From assembly GCA_964016885.1 (NCBI GenBank), contig CAXHJY010001215.1, positions 1 to 32,692 on the forward strand: a stretch of DNA of 32,692 bases, given 5' to 3'. Both the position numbers and the translations under genes were made by a program. The notes under the pieces are model-generated. The model was not told the DNA's origin. It saw only the letters and a program-made list of their open reading frames with translations, and ran no database searches. This document shows, piece by piece, positions 20,760 through 32,692 of the stretch. Within the stretch, counting starts at the first letter, position 1; each line of letters opens with the position of its first letter. This DNA is from Eledone cirrhosa. Lineage: Eukaryota.

Positions 20760-21202
20760 AAGGGAGCTCTTAAGACTCAATAGCCATCCAAAATCACCGG
20801 GAGAGATGACCCCTTAGCCTTTGTCAAGGCAGAATTCTAGGAGAAGGAAAACTCTGATATAACACCTGCAACCCTGATGGTATCCAATGATGACTTGTTC
20901 TTCTTTTTGGTAAATATCATCTTGGTTAAGAGAGTGGGACTGGCTTTGTGCAGTGCCTTTGCTCACTATAAAAGCTTCACGGCACAGGCATTGCTTTATA
21001 TCTGGAGATCTCTCTGCACTTGTCACATGGTACCATGGGCCCAGCACTATGTGTCAATAATTGTCACAAGTGTAGTGTTTGTACCAGAGTTTTCAAGTCG
21101 CTGGCTGGACTAAAAAGTCACACTCGTTCAGCCCATCGGTAGGGGTTCTCCTACATGGATATAAAGTAGTGGCCGTACTCGAAAACGAGTTGGCAGCCAC
21201 CA
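20760..21202 (+). mobile_element. 3' end of an RTE-like non-LTR retrotransposon (decayed, 5' limit uncertain)
   Basis: C2H2 finger [23 protein letters not shown] (21071-21142), then a short 3' UTR with stem-loop GTGGC..ACTCG-AAAA-CGAGT..GCCAC (21169-21200) and a simple-repeat tail, the usual RTE-clade 3' layout. Confidence 0.65.
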
Positions 21203-23193
21203 TATATATATATGCATGTATATATATGCATATATATATATACATATATATGCATGTATATATATATGCATGTATATATATGCATGTATATATATATATG
21301 CATGTATATATATGCATGTATATATATATATGCATGTATATATATACATGTATATATATATATGCATGTATATATATACATATATATACATGTATATATA
21401 TACATGTATATATATATATGCATGTATATATATGCATATATATAAGCATGCATATATATATATAAACATGCATATATATGCATGCACATATATATATAAA
21501 CATGCATATATATGCATGCACATATATATATGCATGCATATATATATAGATAAGCATGTATATACATGCATGTATATATACACATGCATGTGTATATATA
21601 CACATGCATGTGTATATATACATGCATGTATATATATACACATGCATGTGTATATATACATGCATGTATATATATATATATATATACATGCATGCATGTA
21701 TATATACATGCATGTATATATATAATGCATGCATGTATATATATATACATGCATGTATATATATATACATGCATGTATATATATATACATGCATGTATAT
21801 ATATATACATGCATGTATATATATATATACATGCAGGTATATATATATACATGCATGTATATATATATATAATGCATGCATGTATATATATATACATGCA
21901 TGTATATATATATACATGCATGTATATATATATACATGCATGTATATATATATACATGCATGTATATATATATACATGCATGTATATATATATACATGCA
22001 TGTATATATATATACATGCATGTATATATATATACATGCATGTATATATATATACATGCATGTATATATATATACATGCAGGTATATATATATACATGCA
22101 GGTATATATATATACATGCATGTATATATATATATATATGCATGTATATATATATATATATGCATGTATATATATATACATGCAGGTATATATATATATA
22201 CATGCATGTATATATATATATATATGCATGTATATATATATACATGCATGTATATATATATATATACATGCATGTATATATATATATATACATGCATGTA
22301 TATATATATATATATACATGCATGTATATATATATATATACATGCATGTATATATATATATATACATGCATGTATATATATATATATATACATGCATGTA
22401 TATATATATATATGCATGTATATATATATATATATACATGCATGTATATATATATATATGCATGTATATATATATATATATACATGCATGTATATATATA
22501 TATATGCATGTATATATATATATATATATATATATGCATGTATATATATATATATGCATGTATATATATATATATATATATATGCATGTATATATATATA
22601 TATATGCATGTATATATATATATATATATATGCATGTATATATATATATATATGCATGTATATATATATATATATGCATGTATATATATATATATGCATG
22701 TATATATATATATATGCATGTATATATATATATATATGCATGTATATATATATATATATGCATGTATATATATATATATGCATGTATATATATATATATA
22801 TGCATGTATATATATATATATGCATGTATATATATATATATATATATGCATGTATATATATATATATGCATGTATATATATATATATATATATGCATGTA
22901 TATATATATATATATATATATGCATGTATATATATATATATGCATGTATATATATATATATATGCATGTATATATATATATATATGCATGTATATATATA
23001 TATATGCATGTATATATATATATATGCATGTATATATATATATGCATGTATATATACATGCATGTATATATATACATGCATGTATATATATATATGCATG
23101 TATATATATATGCATGTATATATATATACATGCATGTATATATATATACATGCATACATATATACATGCATATATATATATATATATATATGC

Positions 23194-23256
<63 letters not shown>
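21201..23256. repeat. (TA)n-GCAT/CATGCATG palindromic satellite
   Basis: Units TATATGCATGTATA and TATACATGCATGTATA with variable TA length. Confidence 0.97.
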
Positions 23257-23265
<9 letters not shown>

Positions 23266-23377
23266 GCATACACTTATCGAGAAAGAGAAAGAGAGAACAA
23301 TAAACAACAAGAAAGTGCTTGCTGCACCAAAATGACAAACGGCGACAGCTTGTAATAAGCCGGAAATATGGCACTGG

Positions 23378-31682
<8,305 letters not shown>

Positions 31683-31984
31683 AACACTAACTTCCTGTAT
31701 TGATCTTTTTAACATGGTGTCTGTATATATATATATATATATACACACACAGAGGAACCAATAATATTTATATATTATATATATATATAAATACACACAA
31801 ACAATTTAATCAGTTATGAACATTAAATGATACAGCATTTTTATTAATTACTATAAGTTTTATTTCAAAATATGATTGTACAAACCTTAATAACGCCGCT
31901 GGAATTATCAAATAAAACGTCGTATATACTATATATAAACAAATGTCTGACATTTATAATGTATATAAATATATATACATATTT

Positions 31985-32048
<64 letters not shown>

Positions 32049-32169
32049 TATAAAGTTTGTATCAGACATTTGTTTATGTATACATATATATACATGTATA
32101 TATACTTAAATATACATGTATGTATAGATATACATCCGCGTGTATATACATGTATGTATACATATACAC

Positions 32170-32213
<44 letters not shown>

Positions 32214-32520
32214 GTTCTTAGGAAGTGGGTGTTTAAATTACCATTCTACATTTTAAAATACCAATGGAGTGAATGAGTAATCAATACAAATAAACTGTGT
32301 AAGATATATTTTCTGATGACAAACGTGGCATAACATCCAACTTTCAGCTTGTTTTAATTATTTATTTATGGCTAAATTTGATAAATTTTAATTGCTACAT
32401 TCATTATAGTCGAACTAATTATCTGTTTGTTTATTTATAAGTCAGGTTTTTAAGAAAAAGCAGCCACGGTGTGTTTGACGACGAGGTGACAATATCGGGT
32501 GGGCTGACTGGAAGACAACG

Positions 32521-32552
<32 letters not shown>

Positions 32553-32570
32553 CACACCCATACATATATA

Positions 32571-32690
32571 CAAGGTGTCCGCAAAACTGTATACACATTT
32601 TTGATTACCTGTTCAGGTAATAATTATTAGAATGGTTTTGAAGTGTATACAGATTTTTTTTTTGGGGGGGGGGGGGGGACACACATCCTG
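32571..32690. mobile_element. Tc1/mariner-like MITE, copy 2
   Basis: TA-CAAGGTGTCCGCAAAACTGTATACAC ... GTGTATACAGATTTTT..GGGACAC..CCTG; same interior as 17149-17250. Confidence 0.7.
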
Positions 32691-32692
32691 TG

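Noticed and set aside
21071-21142. Host C2H2 zinc-finger gene exon
   Set aside because: A single finger followed by a stop, a hairpin 3' UTR and a simple-repeat tail, with a broken upstream frame, fits a LINE 3' end better.
32313-32350. CTGATGA near the window end
   Set aside because: No GAAA or stem II follows.

Overview
Eukaryotic, AT-rich, microsatellite-dominated window with no confidently identifiable protein-coding gene. Almost all long ORFs in the track are translations of simple repeats. The tRNA-derived SINEs resemble, from memory, octopus (coleoid cephalopod) SINE families, so this is probably intronic or intergenic octopod DNA (inference). It contains four clear minisatellite arrays (20, 43, 30 and 70 bp units), a roughly 8.3 kb near-pure (TA)n tract, a 2 kb palindromic (TA)n-GCAT satellite starting at the tail of an RTE-like LINE 3' end, several SINEs and several MITE-like elements. 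The main finding is a cluster of type I hammerhead-ribozyme (HHR) motifs between 13.0 and 20.3 kb. Five have an intact CUGAUGA...GAAA...UH core on the + strand, one on the - strand has a single core mutation, and one consists of the 3' half only. They sit in short units between (TA)n tracts, often followed by AATAAA, as expected for Penelope-like element pseudo-LTR ribozymes. Three of them carry an inverted copy of their own GAAA/stem III/cleavage half. A TIR-bounded element at 7.0-7.5 kb holds two convergent tRNA-like Pol III units. A few possible exons, some overlapped by tandem arrays, are noted at low confidence.
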